Below, in pieces: positions 21,755-36,651 of a stretch of 64,000 bases of DNA. The notes beneath the pieces were generated by a model. The model made no database searches. It had not been told where the DNA came from and saw only the letters and a list, made by a program, of their open reading frames with translations. Numbering within the stretch: the stretch's first letter is position 1; every line of letters starts with the position of its first letter. Made by a program: the position numbers and the translations under genes. Origin of the DNA: Flaccisagitta enflata (Eukaryota); contig OZ231126.1 of the NCBI GenBank assembly GCA_965153355.1, positions 36,642,001-36,706,000 on the forward strand, written 5' to 3'.

Positions 21755-23190
21755 GTTTTTAGTCGCGTGCACGCCACTCTATGACCCGCTCTGTAGGTTG
21801 GTCGGTCCGTCGGTCCGTCGGTCCGTCGGTCCGTAACACTTTGTTTTTTTGCGCCGTCTTTAGTTATTTGAGGTCATCTTAAGTCATTTTAAGTCATTTT
21901 CAGTCATTCTAAGTCATTCTAAGTCATTCTAAGCCAATCTAAGTCATTCTAAGTCATTCTAAGTCACTTTTAGTCATTTTTTTGCGATTGCAGTTTTCAT
22001 CATTTTTTGTCATTTTAAATCATTTTAAATCATTTTAGGTCATTTTAGGTCATTCAGAGTCATTCAGAGTCATTTTGAGTCACTATAAGTCATTCCAAGT
22101 CCCTAAGGCTTAGCTTTTTTTGCCCTTTTACATCGTTGTAAGTCTGGTTTAAGTCTGGTTTAAGTCTGGTTTAAGTCTGGTTTAAGTCTGGTTTTAGTCT
22201 GGTTTTAGTCTGATTAAAGTCTGGTTTGAGTCAAGTTTAAGTCTGGATTAGGTCTGGTTTTTGTCTGGTTTAAGTCTGGTTTAAGTCTGGTTTAAGTCTG
22301 GTTTAAGTCTGGTTTAAGTCTGGTTTTTGTCTGGTTTAAGTCTGGTTTAAGTCTGGTTTATGTCTGGTTTAAGTCTGGTTTATGTCTAGTTTAAGTCTGG
22401 TTTATGTCTGGTTTCAGTCTGATGTATGTCTGGTTTGAGACTGGTTTGAGTCTGGTTTGAGTCTGGTTTAAGTCTGGTTTAAGTCCAATTTAAGTCTGGT
22501 TTAAGTTTAGTTTTGGTCTGGTTTAAGTCTGGTTTAAGTCCTTTAAGTCATTCTAAATAATTTTAGGTCATTTTTATTCATTTTTAGTCATTGTGAGTCA
22601 TTGTAAGTCATTCTGAGTCACTATGAGTCATTCCAAGTCTGTAACGCTCAGCTTTTTTTGCCATTTTACATTGTTGTAAGTCTGGTTAAGATCTGGTTTA
22701 AGTCTGATTTAAGTCTGGTTTAAGTCTGGTTTATGTCTGGTTTAAGTCTGGTTTCAGTCTGGTTTAGGTCTGGTTTAAGTCTGGTTTAAGTCTGGTTTAA
22801 GTCTGGTTTAAGTCTGGTTTCAGTCTAGTTTCAGTCTGGTTTGAGTCTGGTTTCCGTCTGGTTTAAGTCTGGTTTGAGTCCGGTTTAAGTCTGGTTTGAG
22901 TCTGGTATATGTCTGGTTTATGTCTGGTTTGAGTCTGGTTTGAGTCTGGTTTGAGTCTGGTTTGAGTCTGGCTTGAGTCTGGTTTGAGTCTGGTTTAAAT
23001 CTGGTTTAAGTTTGGTTTAAGTCTGGTTTAAGTTTGGTTTAAGTCTGGTTTAAGTCTGGTTTAGGTCTGGTTTAAGTCTGGTTTAAGTCTGGTTTAAGTC
23101 TGGATTAAGTCGATAAAGTGATACAAAAAGGAGTCAGGTATATTCAGTTTTCTTTGTCTCGCACGCGACTTATAGGTGTTGGCCTTGTTT
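21755..23190 (+). mobile_element. Family A element expanded by internal 10-bp and 11-bp arrays
   Basis: 5' TTTTTTAGTCGCGTGCACGCCACT plus CGGTCCGT tract; (AAGTCATTCT)n and (AAGTCTGGTTT)n; 3' CGCACGCGACTTATAGGTGTTGGCCTTGTT. Confidence 0.9.
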
Positions 23191-23242
23191 TTTAATGACC
23201 CGTTATATAAATTACATCTATGAATATACACGTATAAAAGGG

Positions 23243-23275
23243 TGTGTGTGTGTGTGTCTGTCTGTCTGTCTGTCG

Positions 23276-23373
<98 letters not shown>
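23243..23373. repeat. Compound (GT)n(CTGT)n(CT)n microsatellite
   Basis: Direct inspection. Confidence 0.95.
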
Positions 23374-23374
<1 letters not shown>

Positions 23375-24197
23375 GCTCTCTTTTTTTCACGCGCACACAC
23401 ACGTACGCACGTGCACCCACACGCAGTGCCGGCCAGAGATCATTCGTGATCTTTGACCTAATACCCAGGAGACCAGGCGCCGTGCTGAGTATACCCCGGT
23501 ATCTTTCTCAGTTACCGCACTGTCTTGTGAGATGTGACCCTTTCTCTTTTAACGCTTTAGTGCATCCTTTTAGTGCAACCTACAAGCAACAGTAACAGTA
23601 ACAGTAGAGACGATCTCAAAAAGATATCATCTGGTGCTAAAATCTCCTTTATCTTTGTCACGTAGCATCGTATGAAACCCATGGAGCCTTAGAATGAGTT
23701 TAACAGTTGCGACATGGAAATACGGGGAACTCATTTAAGGCTTTAATCTGATTGCTTAATGGGGTCATTGTCAATGTTTATCATCTTCATCCAATGCCCA
23801 AGCTTTATTGCCTGTGATTTAATTGTAACAATTGTTGTTTTTTTAAGACATTCATGATCAATTCAAATTGTTTGTACAATCCCAAGCTTTGAGATAATCT
23901 ATGCCTTAAAATTTTTTTTTTTGTTTAAAGCACGAAGAGATGCGGAAGCGGTCCATTTTCATGATACCTCCGCTTCCACTTCCATTATGAAGTTCAAATG
24001 ATCACAGCTATCCCGCCCACAAATTTGAATGCGGTCTACCGCTTCCACATCCTTACTGCTGCACGCCAGGTTTTGCCGTTTATATCGCATGATCTCTAAC
24101 AGTCCAAAGCCAAACGCGATATATCTGATTTTCGAGCGGGTTTTGCAAGCGCGCGACCAGCAGAGTTGGCCTAGTTTTCTATTTCGATGACATGAAA

Positions 24198-24599
24198 AAC
24201 AAGTCATCCAAGGATCGCACATGGTCAGCAGTACCCCATGCCCTGCTTGGAGTGATAGATGAAAAAGTTGAATGATAGCAGGGCAGAGGCCTTAAAGGAC
24301 TGATGTCTTGTAGGACACAGGGGTGAATTTCCATTTGTCCTGAGAGGGCATATTTAGGGCCATTGGAGCATTTTTCCATTATATTCAATAGGAGTTTCAT
24401 TATCAATCAATCATCCATGTTATTCAATAGGAAATTTTCATTTTATCAATTTCCCATGATAATCAATAGGAAGCTTGAGAAGCTCTGGGGGAGGGGGGGG
24501 ATGGATGGATGGACATACAGATGTGCAGACAGACAAACATATGGAAATTCACCCCTGTGTCCTACAGGACATCGGCCCTTTGGGGCCGCTGCCCAAAAA
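24198..24599 (-). mobile_element. Family B element (TTCAATAGG internal-repeat type)
   Basis: Collinear with 2777-3513 without its nested insertion. Confidence 0.85.
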
Positions 24600-24779
24600 G
24601 GACATTTGAAAATGTTGTTTATTTCTAAAGTATCGATTAGTAGTAGGATATAATTTCTCTTTCTGGCTCAATACAATGCAACAAAAGAAGACGTCCTCTC
24701 ACTTTCACCTAACCAACAATGACGCGTCAAAGAAGGAAAGACAGAAAGGAAGATACTATCTTATCTGTGAAACCCATAT

Positions 24780-24881
<102 letters not shown>

Positions 24882-25129
24882 GAGAAATAGTGAAAAGGAA
24901 ACCAGAGTAAGGGCTGGATTGTCTGGACCAATGAGAACTCGTCTCTTTTCCCTTTCACCAATGAGAGTAAGTCCTAAACCTTGTTCGTTACGACGCCGGT
25001 TCTTTCCTTGCCTCATCATCTTGCTCCTCCTCCTCCTTCTCCTCCTCCTGCTGCTCCTCCTCTCGTCGGCTTTTCGACCATTTCTTTCCAGTCGCAAGAG
25101 CGCGAGAGAGGTTCCCTGGGCCAATTTCT

Positions 25130-25195
<66 letters not shown>

Positions 25196-26132
25196 TTTTT
25201 CCTCCCTGGGACCCTCAAAGCGACAAAAGTCAAACATGAGCAGGCTCGAGCATGGAATCTCGTTTTCTTCTGTTTTTTTTTTTCGTTTTGTTTTCATATG
25301 AAAGCTCGCTCGAATCGCGTTTTGCCATTCCGTTTTGTTTCTCTCTGCTCGTGCTCTCCCGACTTTTCTCTTCCGTTCTCTCCCCGGGCGACGCGGCGTC
25401 CTAGATTTTAGGCTTAGACTCGAGAGAGATTTTAATCGCGCAAGTCGGGGGAAAGGGAGGAAAAGCCTTCCTCCACCCATGCCTTCCCCCACCACGCCTT
25501 CCTCCCCCAACGCCTCCATTTCATGCCTCCGGGGTTAACGACCTCACAAATTTGATAAACGCGCGTGGATAGATTTTCCATTTCTGCTCGCGTTTCGCAA
25601 ATTCGCCCTCAAACACTCAAAATCTATATTCTCGTTATTTCCGTTCGTGATCTCCAAATTGTAGAAAGAAGGCCAAAAAAAAGGCGCCTTGAATTCCGTG
25701 GATTACTCAATTTTTGCATTCTGGGGCAAACTATGGAGGCTTTTGGGCAAAATGGCTCAAAGAGTTCAGAAGAAAGATCAAAGACGAAATTTCAAATGCT
25801 TCCTCACGCGCGTTTTTTCTCGTCTGCGCCGACGCCTCGGCAGTCTGCACGCCCGTCATTTGTACGCATATTACTTACGCAGTTTGATGCTCTGATTGTG
25901 CTTCATCAGTTTGGAGTCAGAAAATGATAAAATATGACCAGCCTGCGATCCTGGCGCGTTATGTCCCACTGGCAGTTGCCTGATCGGCCCGTCTATTCGC
26001 CCTAAAGATGGCTGCATATTCAACCATTTTAGCGAGTATGGCCTCATGATTGCTAAAAAAACCTGATTTTCGTTTTGTAAGCCATCCAGAAATATCTTAG
26101 AATCGTCTTTTATCAACACAAGACATGGTATG

Positions 26133-26342
26133 TTAACAAGGCCAAAATTCGACGTTCTTTGTTCTCTGTTCCTGCGACTGAGCTTGTCGTAGAAAGAGAG
26201 TGATCCTGCTGTCATAGAAAGAGAGAGATCCTGCTCGATTTTACAAAAAAAAAATGCTAAAGATGGATCTGTGGATGGACAAACCAATGGACGGATGCAC
26301 GGACAAAGCCTCTCATAGAGATAAGAGGACACATCTAAAAAT
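26133..26342 (-). mobile_element. Degenerate family A4 element
   Basis: GGACGG tract, then AAAGCCTCTCATAGAGATAAGAGGACACATCTAAAAA, matching the reverse complement of the A4 5' end. Confidence 0.5.
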
Positions 26343-27531
26343 GATTTTTTAGCCCTATAGCCTTTTATGATTTTTTAGCCCTATAGCCTTTTCTGTTTAG
26401 ACTTATGGACGCGAAACATGACGAAAGCTCTTCAACCAGGTCCATGAACCCAATCGATCCAGACACGATGACTATTCTTTACTCGTGCACCACCCTTAGA
26501 GAACTATCCTTCAAGTACCATCATCAAGCGCTATCCATACACTCTATCCTCAAGTACCATTCTCTCCAGTCCACTGGATATTCTGCTTCATCTCCATCTT
26601 CCTTTTGTGTATATAATTTGTCCTTCTCTAACGAGGCTTTTTTTTTCATTCTTCGACTAAAATCGCTCGCACGTGACTGAAAAAATGCTCCGTCTTACAG
26701 GCTTTGGGTCTCCATCTTAGCGGATGTATTCAAGCTTGAACGTGTCTCGGTTGTAATCGTGGTTTAGCGTGGACCCAGCTTCTTCTCGTTTTTTTTACCG
26801 CCTTATAGATGAAAAAAGTGTTTGATGGCTTATCCCTTAAAAAAAAAAAAAAAAAAAAATTAAAATGATTTTTTAATAACATTCGTTCTTTCATTCTCAG
26901 TCTCGTCATCGCGACGAAAACCAGAGGTCTTCGTCTAGTATTTTTTGAAGAATCTTCAAGTGGCAGACTTTTTTTTGTTGCCCCGGGGACCATTTCTCAT
27001 CCCTCAGCTGCGAAATGGCGCCTCCATTCCTTTACCCCAACACTATCCTTCATTCCATTTTAGAGCTTTAAAGCTCATGCACAACCTCTCTACCAGTAAT
27101 TTTGTCGATTCGTCCCCACAATCATAATCCCAATTTTGAGTCCGTCCGTATCTATTTTGCATCTTTACTCATATCTGAGGCCACTACATTGCAGAAAACT
27201 TTGGATCCCTTAAACAACACTTTACAGTGTTTAAACTGCATTATCAAAATTTTTTTCAAAGACAGAATTTTTTCATTTTAGAGGAAACCGAAAGGAGTAG
27301 TTATCTTTTCTTGTCTTGTGCTCTTCAACCTTCAAGATATCTTCCACAAGAAATAAAAGTTATTATTTTAGCTTCAATAAGTAATTCTAAATGCTCTGAT
27401 ACAGGTTTGTTTTGATTAAGAATGTGAGTTTTTCTGAAATGATCAATGGTTATTACAGATGGTAAGATCTATGCAGCTTTGTTTCTGCGCCGCTTCATAT
27501 TCTTTCATTTGAATGAACAAAAAGAGAGATG

Positions 27532-27740
27532 AAACAAGGCCGGATACACGGCTACCCTTGTCGCGCGCTGGTGGGCAAGGGCCATATTTGAGTTCAGTGG
27601 AGCATTTGGGCAGGAGCAGCATGGCTAAAAAAATAAAACATAAACGCCGAAAACGTAAAGTGTGATGGACGGACAGACCGACGGACGGATCGATGGACCG
27701 ACAAAGCTGGGTGTAGAGTCGCGTAGCACGCGACTAAAAA
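27532..27740 (-). mobile_element. Family A1 element
   Basis: AACAAGGCCGGATACACGGCTACC ... GTAGAGTCGCGTAGCACGCGACTAAAAA. Confidence 0.85.
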
Positions 27741-29249
27741 CAAAGCAAAATCGATGATCGGGTTTTGAATCCTTTTCTTCTTTTCTTTGTTTTTTTGTTT
27801 TTGGTTCTTTCTGGTTCTTTCGTTTTTCTCCATTTATCATCGCGCTTCCTGTCATCTTTAAGTCTTGTCAGACAACATTTTCAATACAGAAGAAAGAGAA
27901 AAATGAATAAAGAAAAATAACTCAGCCACGTCTTAACACGGAACAAAAGAATTATAAAAAAAAGAAGTAATAAGCGATCACGACAGTTTGGCAAAAATAC
28001 AATATAGTAATTACCATTTAATCTACTACCAGTTTGCTTTGCCATTTTTCAGTCTTAACATTTAAATGCTCGGCTCAATCAACTTTACATCGATTTCTGA
28101 CAATTAGTCGGGTCACATGATTCTTCCTTACATTTCGCTCTATAGAATAATTAAAATTAAAGCCACGGTTTCTTTCTTCATTCAATTGTCGACATCGAAT
28201 GTTTTAATTCAAGCGCTTTCCTTAATTAAAAGAGAACCCTATCCAATCTTTCGCATGCAGAAAATAAATCTGGTTGGTCGGCCTTTCCATCTGTTGGCTT
28301 ATCACACAATTATCTCGAGTTTTTTTTCTTTTTTTTGTGGTTTTAGCGCCACGGCTAACTGCTAACCTGAGTAGTCTTGTCACTCTTGTGCATCATTGCC
28401 CCCACCCACCGTCACATGGTTTAGGAATGGTATGTTCCACCTTGTTTTTATTTGTCAGTTCTTCAGTTATTGTGATACTTAACTCAATCAGATCTCACCT
28501 AAGCTTTCACAATCTCGTAGTCAATTCTTCTTTCCTTTTCATTTTACCTATCATTCCATTTTTATCCTTCTCATCCCACCTCATTTCTTTGTTCATTCCG
28601 TTTTGATCCCTCATCCAACTGATGACAATCTTTCTGCTCCCATCCGCGTTTTGTTTAACTCTTTTGACGCATCTGACTGAAGGCGTTCCTCTTGCTTCAT
28701 GTACGTAGTCGCCACTGCTTTTTGCCCCATCTGCTGTGATTTCTATTCTTCCGTTCAATATCTATCACCTTTCATTTTGCCGTCTGTGACCATGTTAGTA
28801 AACAATCCGTTTTGACTTCCATAAGGGACAACCATCATCTTCTCAAACTCAGTACTCACTCACACTCCATACATCCTCCACTTATCCAGACTTGTCATCC
28901 ATGGCCATGGGCCACACCCTTCATTTCCTCCGTCATTTGGCAGCTCGGTCCTGTATTCGATCTTCCCACGCACACTCCATTTATTATTCCATCAACACAC
29001 CGTCCTGCCTGCCATCCTCTCTTCTCACTCAGCTCCATTGTTTGTCTTTTTGTTTGTCTGTTCTTTTTTTTGTTTCTGGTCTAACGCATGCGTGAACGCG
29101 TCGGCATTGGCCGAAGGTCGGAGCTTCCAGGATGGCAGCCGGTGTCAGTTACAATGTTTGTCTTATTCACGTTTCGCGAATCTTCCGGCCACACGCTGGA
29201 CTTGTTTATAGACTGTACTTGTTTGTAGACGACTCTTTCTCGTTCACTT

Positions 29250-30333
<1,084 letters not shown>

Positions 30334-31395
30334 AACAGACAAACGCCTGGACATATACAGAAGCGTCGCGCCAATAAAGGCATCATGGCAAAAATTATAA
30401 GACGAACGAACAGGCCGACAGACAGACAGACAGACAGACAGACCGGAATTGGGGTAAATTAGGCAATAGGTAAGCAAAGGAGGCGGATCAACCGAGCAGA
30501 AAAGGTAAAACGACGTCGACGACAAGTGGGAAGAGGAAATGGGACTTGGACGGAACAGAACAATGAAAGAACAATGGCGAAACAAGGGAGTAACGTGAAA
30601 GAACAATGGGGGAGGGAACAAAGGCAAAGAAAACAAAGGCAGACAATGGCGAAACTTGGGAGAAACAAGACAGATCAATTGGGTTAGGGGCAATGGCGAG
30701 ACAAGGCTACATACTAGCGTAACGAGAGCCATCCAAGGCAAGAGCCCAAGAGGCAGAAGAATGACATGAGCCGATGAAAAAAACGTCAAAAGCCAACAAG
30801 GCTGATAAAATGGAGCCAAAAGAAAAGCGTAGGAGTAGGAGTAGGATAGAGGCGAAGCTGAGAAAGTTGTAATAATTACAATGATCACACTGAAAGGTCA
30901 TTTGCCCCCGCAATGCGAACGGGAGTTCCCCTAGGCGCGCTAACGCCTTACCTTACCTTATGCATAAGATGTCTAGAATGATTAAAATGTTAAGATAAAG
31001 ACGCAATTTTAGAAATAAGAATTACCCGAATCCCTCGTGCTTGTCTGTGCAACGTACATCATTATTCCTGCCAATTTGGCAACGCCAATACAGTCGTGCT
31101 TGTTTTCGCTTCAACAAAATCTTTTTTAAATCCTAACTTTTTTCCTCTCCTAAATTACCATTCATTTCTTCTAATGTATGAAATAGTGAAAATTGGTTAA
31201 ATTACTAATACTGACGAAGGGAGAAATTTTTTGGCTTTTCCTAAATTATGTTTTTTCTCAAAACCTTGAAAAACAGACAAGTGATCATTTACTGTATACA
31301 TGTTCAAATTTTTCTAGTTTTTGGTTTGTTTGCTAAAGCAATCAAATATTGATCCTTTTCCTGCCATTTTCTTATCGTTCCATGTTCAGTAAAAA

Positions 31396-32310
31396 CCATC
31401 ATTGCCAGTCTTCATTGCTATTTCCGTCATTGCCAGTTTTCATTGCCATTTCCATCATTACCAGTCTTCATCCCATTCCCATCATTGCCAGTCTTCATTG
31501 CCATTTCCATCATCGCCAGTCTTCATTGCCATTTCCATTACTACCAGTCTTCATCGCCATTTCCATCATTGCCAGTCTTCATTGCTATTTCCATCATTGC
31601 CTGTCTTCACTGCCATTTCTATCATTACCAGTCTTCATTGCCATTCCCATCATTGCCAGTCTTCATTGCTATTTCCACCATTGCCTGTCTTCACTGCCAT
31701 TTCCATCATTACCAGTCTTCATTGCCATTTCCATTACTACCAGTCTTCATTGCCATTCCCATCAATGCCAGTCTTCATTGCCATTTCCATCATTACCTGT
31801 CTTCATCGCCATTCCCATCATTGCCAGTCTTCATTGCCATTTCCATCATTGCCAGTCTTCATTGCCATTTCCATCATTACCTGTCTTCATCGCCATTTCC
31901 ATTATTGCCAGTCTTCATCGCCACTTACATCATTGCCAGTCTTAATTGCCATTCCCATCATTCCCTGTCTTCACTGCCACTTCCATCATTGCCAGTCTTC
32001 ATTGCCATTCCCATCATTGCCAGTCTTCATTGCCATTTCCATCATTGCCAGTCTTCATTGCCATTCCATCATTGCCAGTCGTCATTGCCATTTCTATCAT
32101 TACCTGTCTTCATCGCCATTCCCATCATTGCCAGTCTTCATCGCCATTCCCATCATTGTCTGTCTTCACTGCGATTTCCATCATTACCAGTCTTCATTGC
32201 CATTTCCATCATTACCTGTCTTCATCGCCATTACCAAAATTGCCAGTCTTCATCGCCATTCCCATCATTGCCAGTCTTCATTGCCATTTCCATCATCTCC
32301 AATCTTCATC
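31396..32310 (+). repeat. 28-bp minisatellite (CATTGCCAGTCTTCATTGCCATTTCCAT)n, about 32 units
   Basis: Unit made of 13+15-bp subrepeats; the same 28-aa periodicity appears in all three + frames. Confidence 0.95.
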
Positions 32311-33516
32311 TATTTCTCAAATCGACGTCATGACGAAACGAAGAATTCTGAGAATTTTGGATTACGTACGGAAAAAAAAGAAAAGAGGAAAAAGTTCATT
32401 ATTATTATCCCATTCTTCTGATTTTCTCTCATCACCGTTTTCATTTTCTATCAGTTCTTCCATCTCTTCATCATTTTCTTCATTTTTTTAGCCTCATCCC
32501 TGGTTTGATAATTCTCCCTTCCTCTGCGCCTAGAGCGTTATGTGTACCTTTAAATTTGATAGACCTTTTTCCAATTAGTTCAGGTTTTTGACTTTTGAAG
32601 TTGATAGTGCCCAATGATTCGCGGCTTTTGGTCAAAATTTGGAGGATTGGTTAACATTGCTAACTTAACAAGGCGTGTGCGGCAAGGAGGTGCAACCTGT
32701 ATGCGTTTAGACCGAAACCAACCGAATGACTAACTCACGGAAAGGAGACTGGGTGGAGGAACGTACTGCGTTGGCGCACCCATGGAAAAAGAGCACCCAT
32801 CGCCCCCCCTGTGGCCTTGCTTCATATATTGTTAATTGATTTTGAAGATCGAGAAGCAAGTCAAACTCGTTTCCCGAATTTGCCTCGGATAATTTCTCCC
32901 CCGTTTAAGTCGCACCGTTTTCTGATTAGATAGCTGACATTAGATGGCCATATAACCGGAATAACAAGTCATAACGAGTCATAACGAGTAAGGCTACAAA
33001 GTGGTGGTAAAGGAGATAACGGAAATAAAAAAGGCAATATAATGAGAATTTTACAACCAAAGGATTGTTTTCATCCTAGTTTATACCAGGTCTCCATATA
33101 AGCAGAAAGGCTGAGGTTGTCTCAAAATTTTTATGATTACCATTTACGGTAATGTTTTTTTTTTTTTTAAGAGAATAAGGGATATGGTACTTTAAGAGAC
33201 GTAAAACGTGTAGTTAAGACTACGGGCCCACGAGGAAAGTAATCATGAAAAAAGGTGCCTAAAAAGTGAGAGATAGAGAGATGGATCATTATATTTCTGT
33301 TTCTCCCCTCTCTGAGAAACATCAAAGACGGTGGTTCTCGCAGTTCTGTCTCTTCTTCACAGAAATAAAGAGAGGGAAACAGAAAATAAAAAGAAAGAGC
33401 TGAAATCTATGTTGATTTTTTCCTCGTTATCTAAACAATTGTAATGAAAATATAAAAAATGAGAAAACGAAGTGAGATTCATTTATCAACGTCCTTTGTA
33501 TGCCGAGATCTTGCAC

Positions 33517-33625
<109 letters not shown>

Positions 33626-34065
33626 TAACGTTTTTCTAATCCTATCCTCTTTTATATCGCTTTTTCTCCATGTTGGATTTCATTCCCTTCTCTTTTCTTT
33701 AAATCTTTTGCTTATCAAATGTGTTTTTCTTTGTTCCCTTTCTTTTCTTTTTTTCATCCTCTCTCTCTTTATTTTCTTCCTCCAATTTTTCTCTTTCCCC
33801 TTTTCTCCCGTCTCCCCCCTTTTTCCCTATTTTCCTTTTTTCTCTTTTTTTTTTACTTCTTTTCTTTTCTTCTTTTTTCTTGGCGATCTCTCGTCCTCCA
33901 TGAAGTGGAGAGAGATGGAGAATGGTCTTTTACTTCTCTCTCTCTTTCTCTCTTACTCTTGAGCGCCAGAATACTGGAATATTGCCACGCCCATGTCCCG
34001 CTTCTTTTCCTTTTCTCTCTCTCTCAGTGCCTTTTTCCGTTCGTGAGTGTTATGGAAGGCGTTAA

Positions 34066-34961
34066 GGCTATCATTGCTTCAAAATGAAGTTACCCTGAAA
34101 TTTTTTATTCTCTTATAGAATGTCAAATACTATTGTAGGAAACCCCTTTCAAAAAATTTCAGTAAATTGCAAAAATCAAAATATAGGCAATTTTTCAGAC
34201 GCTCGCTAGCCTGACTGGGGCAACGGAGGAAGCTGAAATTTTTACTGAAGATAGACAAGACATGTGGACTGGGTAGACCTGTAAAAAAAATTCAAATTTT
34301 ATTATTTTACATACAATAAATCCAAGAAGAAATCTGTAAAATGTAACCATATAGAGGCTAGTAGCTTTTTTGGGAATTTGTTCCAGGTGTACCCTGGCCA
34401 CATGTCTTCTCTATCTTCAGTAAAAATTTCAGATTCCTATGTTGCCCCAGTCAGGCTAGCGAACGTCTAGAAAATTGCCATCATTTTGCCATTCATTGAA
34501 GTAAAATTTGATAGAAAATACACAGTAAAGGTACAATTCATGAACGATTTTTTTCATCATCTCTTTTTTAGTCTCTCTAACTCTCAGTTTTAAAGCACAA
34601 ATTCATAGAAGCAGTCAGCGTCTGTGGCTACTGAGTAGATTGCCTGACATGAGCGCTGTGATAACGGGCAAGGTGAAATAAGGAATTAATCTCTTAAAAT
34701 ATTGACCCGGGAAAAAGAGTTAGTGAGTAAGGAAGGGCAGACAGCCTCCCTAAGTCCGTTGTTCAAATCCTGCTCTGATACAACAATTATTTTCATTTCT
34801 TCCCCTTTGCTTGACCAAAGCATTCCGGATTTCGTTTTTGCATTGTAATTTGGGTCAGGCCAGTGCTATATAGTTCAAAATTGAAAAAGAGACCCCCTGT
34901 ACGCATATTAGTCATGAAAGCAGATTTTTAATTTTTAAACTATCTTGAGGAAATGTAAGCC
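34066..34961 (+). mobile_element. 896-bp TTAA-flanked MITE (Kolobok-like), copy 1
   Basis: TTAA|GGCTATCATTGCTTCAAAAT ... ATCTTGAGGAAATGTAAGCC|TTAA; imperfect TIR with GG..CC termini; second copy at 53346-54240. Confidence 0.9.
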
Positions 34962-35064
34962 TTAAGAGAGAAGGGGAAGGGTTCAATCGGGTGAAAAGTT
35001 AGCTTCTTCGGATCCAGCTCTCTGCCTTATCTCAGTTCCTCGGTGTGATATGTCTTTAACCCTC

Positions 35065-35873
35065 TTTTGGGCAGCGGCCCCGAAGGGGACGAAGTCCTGT
35101 AGAACACAGGGGGAATCTGTCCGTCCGTCCGTCCGTACGTCCGTACGTCCGTACGTCCCACCCCACCCTCGGCTTCGTCTCCTTTGGGGCCCAAATCCAA
35201 ACTGTATGACCCAAATCCGAGCAAAATGGTCCAAATCCGCCAAAAATTGGCCAAATCCAGGCAAAATGGCCTAAGACCAGGTAAAATGGGCCTTATCTGG
35301 CTAGAAAACCTGAATTCTGGCCTGAGTTCTATCATCTTGGCCCCTTAAACTTAGATTCTGGCTCCAAAAACCCACATCCGAGCCTTAGAGACCCAGATCC
35401 TGATCTTTGGGACCCAGATTCTGACCTCCAAGACCTAGGTGCTGGCCTAAAAGACCTAAATCCTAGCCTCAGAGGACCAAATCCTGACTCAGAAACTGAA
35501 ATTTTGCCTCTGAGACCAAGAAATTGGTCTCTGAGACCCAGATTCTGGCCTCAGAGACCCAGATCCTGGCTGCTCCTCTCTCAACTTAACCTACAAACTA
35601 TACAAAAATGGCAAGGGTACCATTGTCCATATTCTGCCTTTTGTCAGTTCTCCTTGATATTCCATGAAAATTTGAATAACAGGGCATCCTGGACAGAAGG
35701 AAGGCAAACAGGACGGACGGACGAACGGATGGACGGACGGACAGATTCCCCCTGTGTTCTACAGGACTTCGTCCCCTTCGGGGCCGCTGCCCTGCTCCCC
35801 CTCAACCTTCATCACTTCCTACTCAAGCAGGGCACGGGTACCGCTGACCACTTACTGCCTTTGGGCTGCTATT
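35065..35873 (+). mobile_element. Family B1 element
   Basis: TTTTGGGCAGCGGCCCCGAAGGGGACGAAGTCCTGTAGAACACAGGGGGAATCTGTCCGTCC and its exact inverse at ~35730-35792; GGTACCGCTGACCA tail. Confidence 0.9.
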
Positions 35874-36400
35874 GCTTCTATGTCTGTGTCTTTTGCTGTC
35901 TTTTTGGAGGAGGGGCTTACACCAATGCTTTTTTTTTTTATTCATTTTTATTTATTTATTTTTTTTTTTTTTGCAGAATTGAGTTTTGTTTCATTTACAA
36001 TCTTTCTTATTGTAATTGATTCCATCTCTCTTTTACACAAGGTTTTGTTTCTTATTATGTTCTCTTTTTATTTTGGTTGAACTCATGTTTGGCGACAGCG
36101 ACTATTTCTTCCAAATTGTTCTGCATTTTGGTAAAAAAAATCTCAATTTGAGTGAATCTGTGACAAATGAATTTTTTCCATCCTCGCTTCTATTTTGAGT
36201 CGTTTTTATCAAAAAAAGTCCATATTATGGGTGTCATTGAGCTTTGACAAACTTCTCATTTCCCTCAACTACTTCTGTTTACTTCAATTTGGAATTTCTC
36301 GAGGTCCTCAGCTCACGCCCCAATTTTCCGTGTCTCCTCCGCTCTTCCCCCTTTCACCTTTTTACATCTTAACATTTTTTTCTTTCTCCCTTTCTTTTAT

Positions 36401-36447
<47 letters not shown>

Positions 36448-36448
36448 C

Positions 36449-36500
<52 letters not shown>

Positions 36501-36615
36501 GCTTTCTTTCTTTCTCTCTTTCTTTTTCGCTTTTTTTCTCTCTTTCTTTCTTTCTTTTCTAAAAGCTGCGATTGTGGCAGTTGTAGCTGCAATTGCCTTT
36601 GTCTTTCTGTCTGTT

Positions 36616-36651
<36 letters not shown>

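Noticed and set aside
21870..23110. Arrays as interstitial telomeric repeats
   Set aside because: The units are not TTAGG or TTAGGG and they lie between the intact ends of one element
31349..32491. Long ORFs of up to 339 aa as CDS
   Set aside because: They are translations of a 28-bp minisatellite that is open in all forward frames
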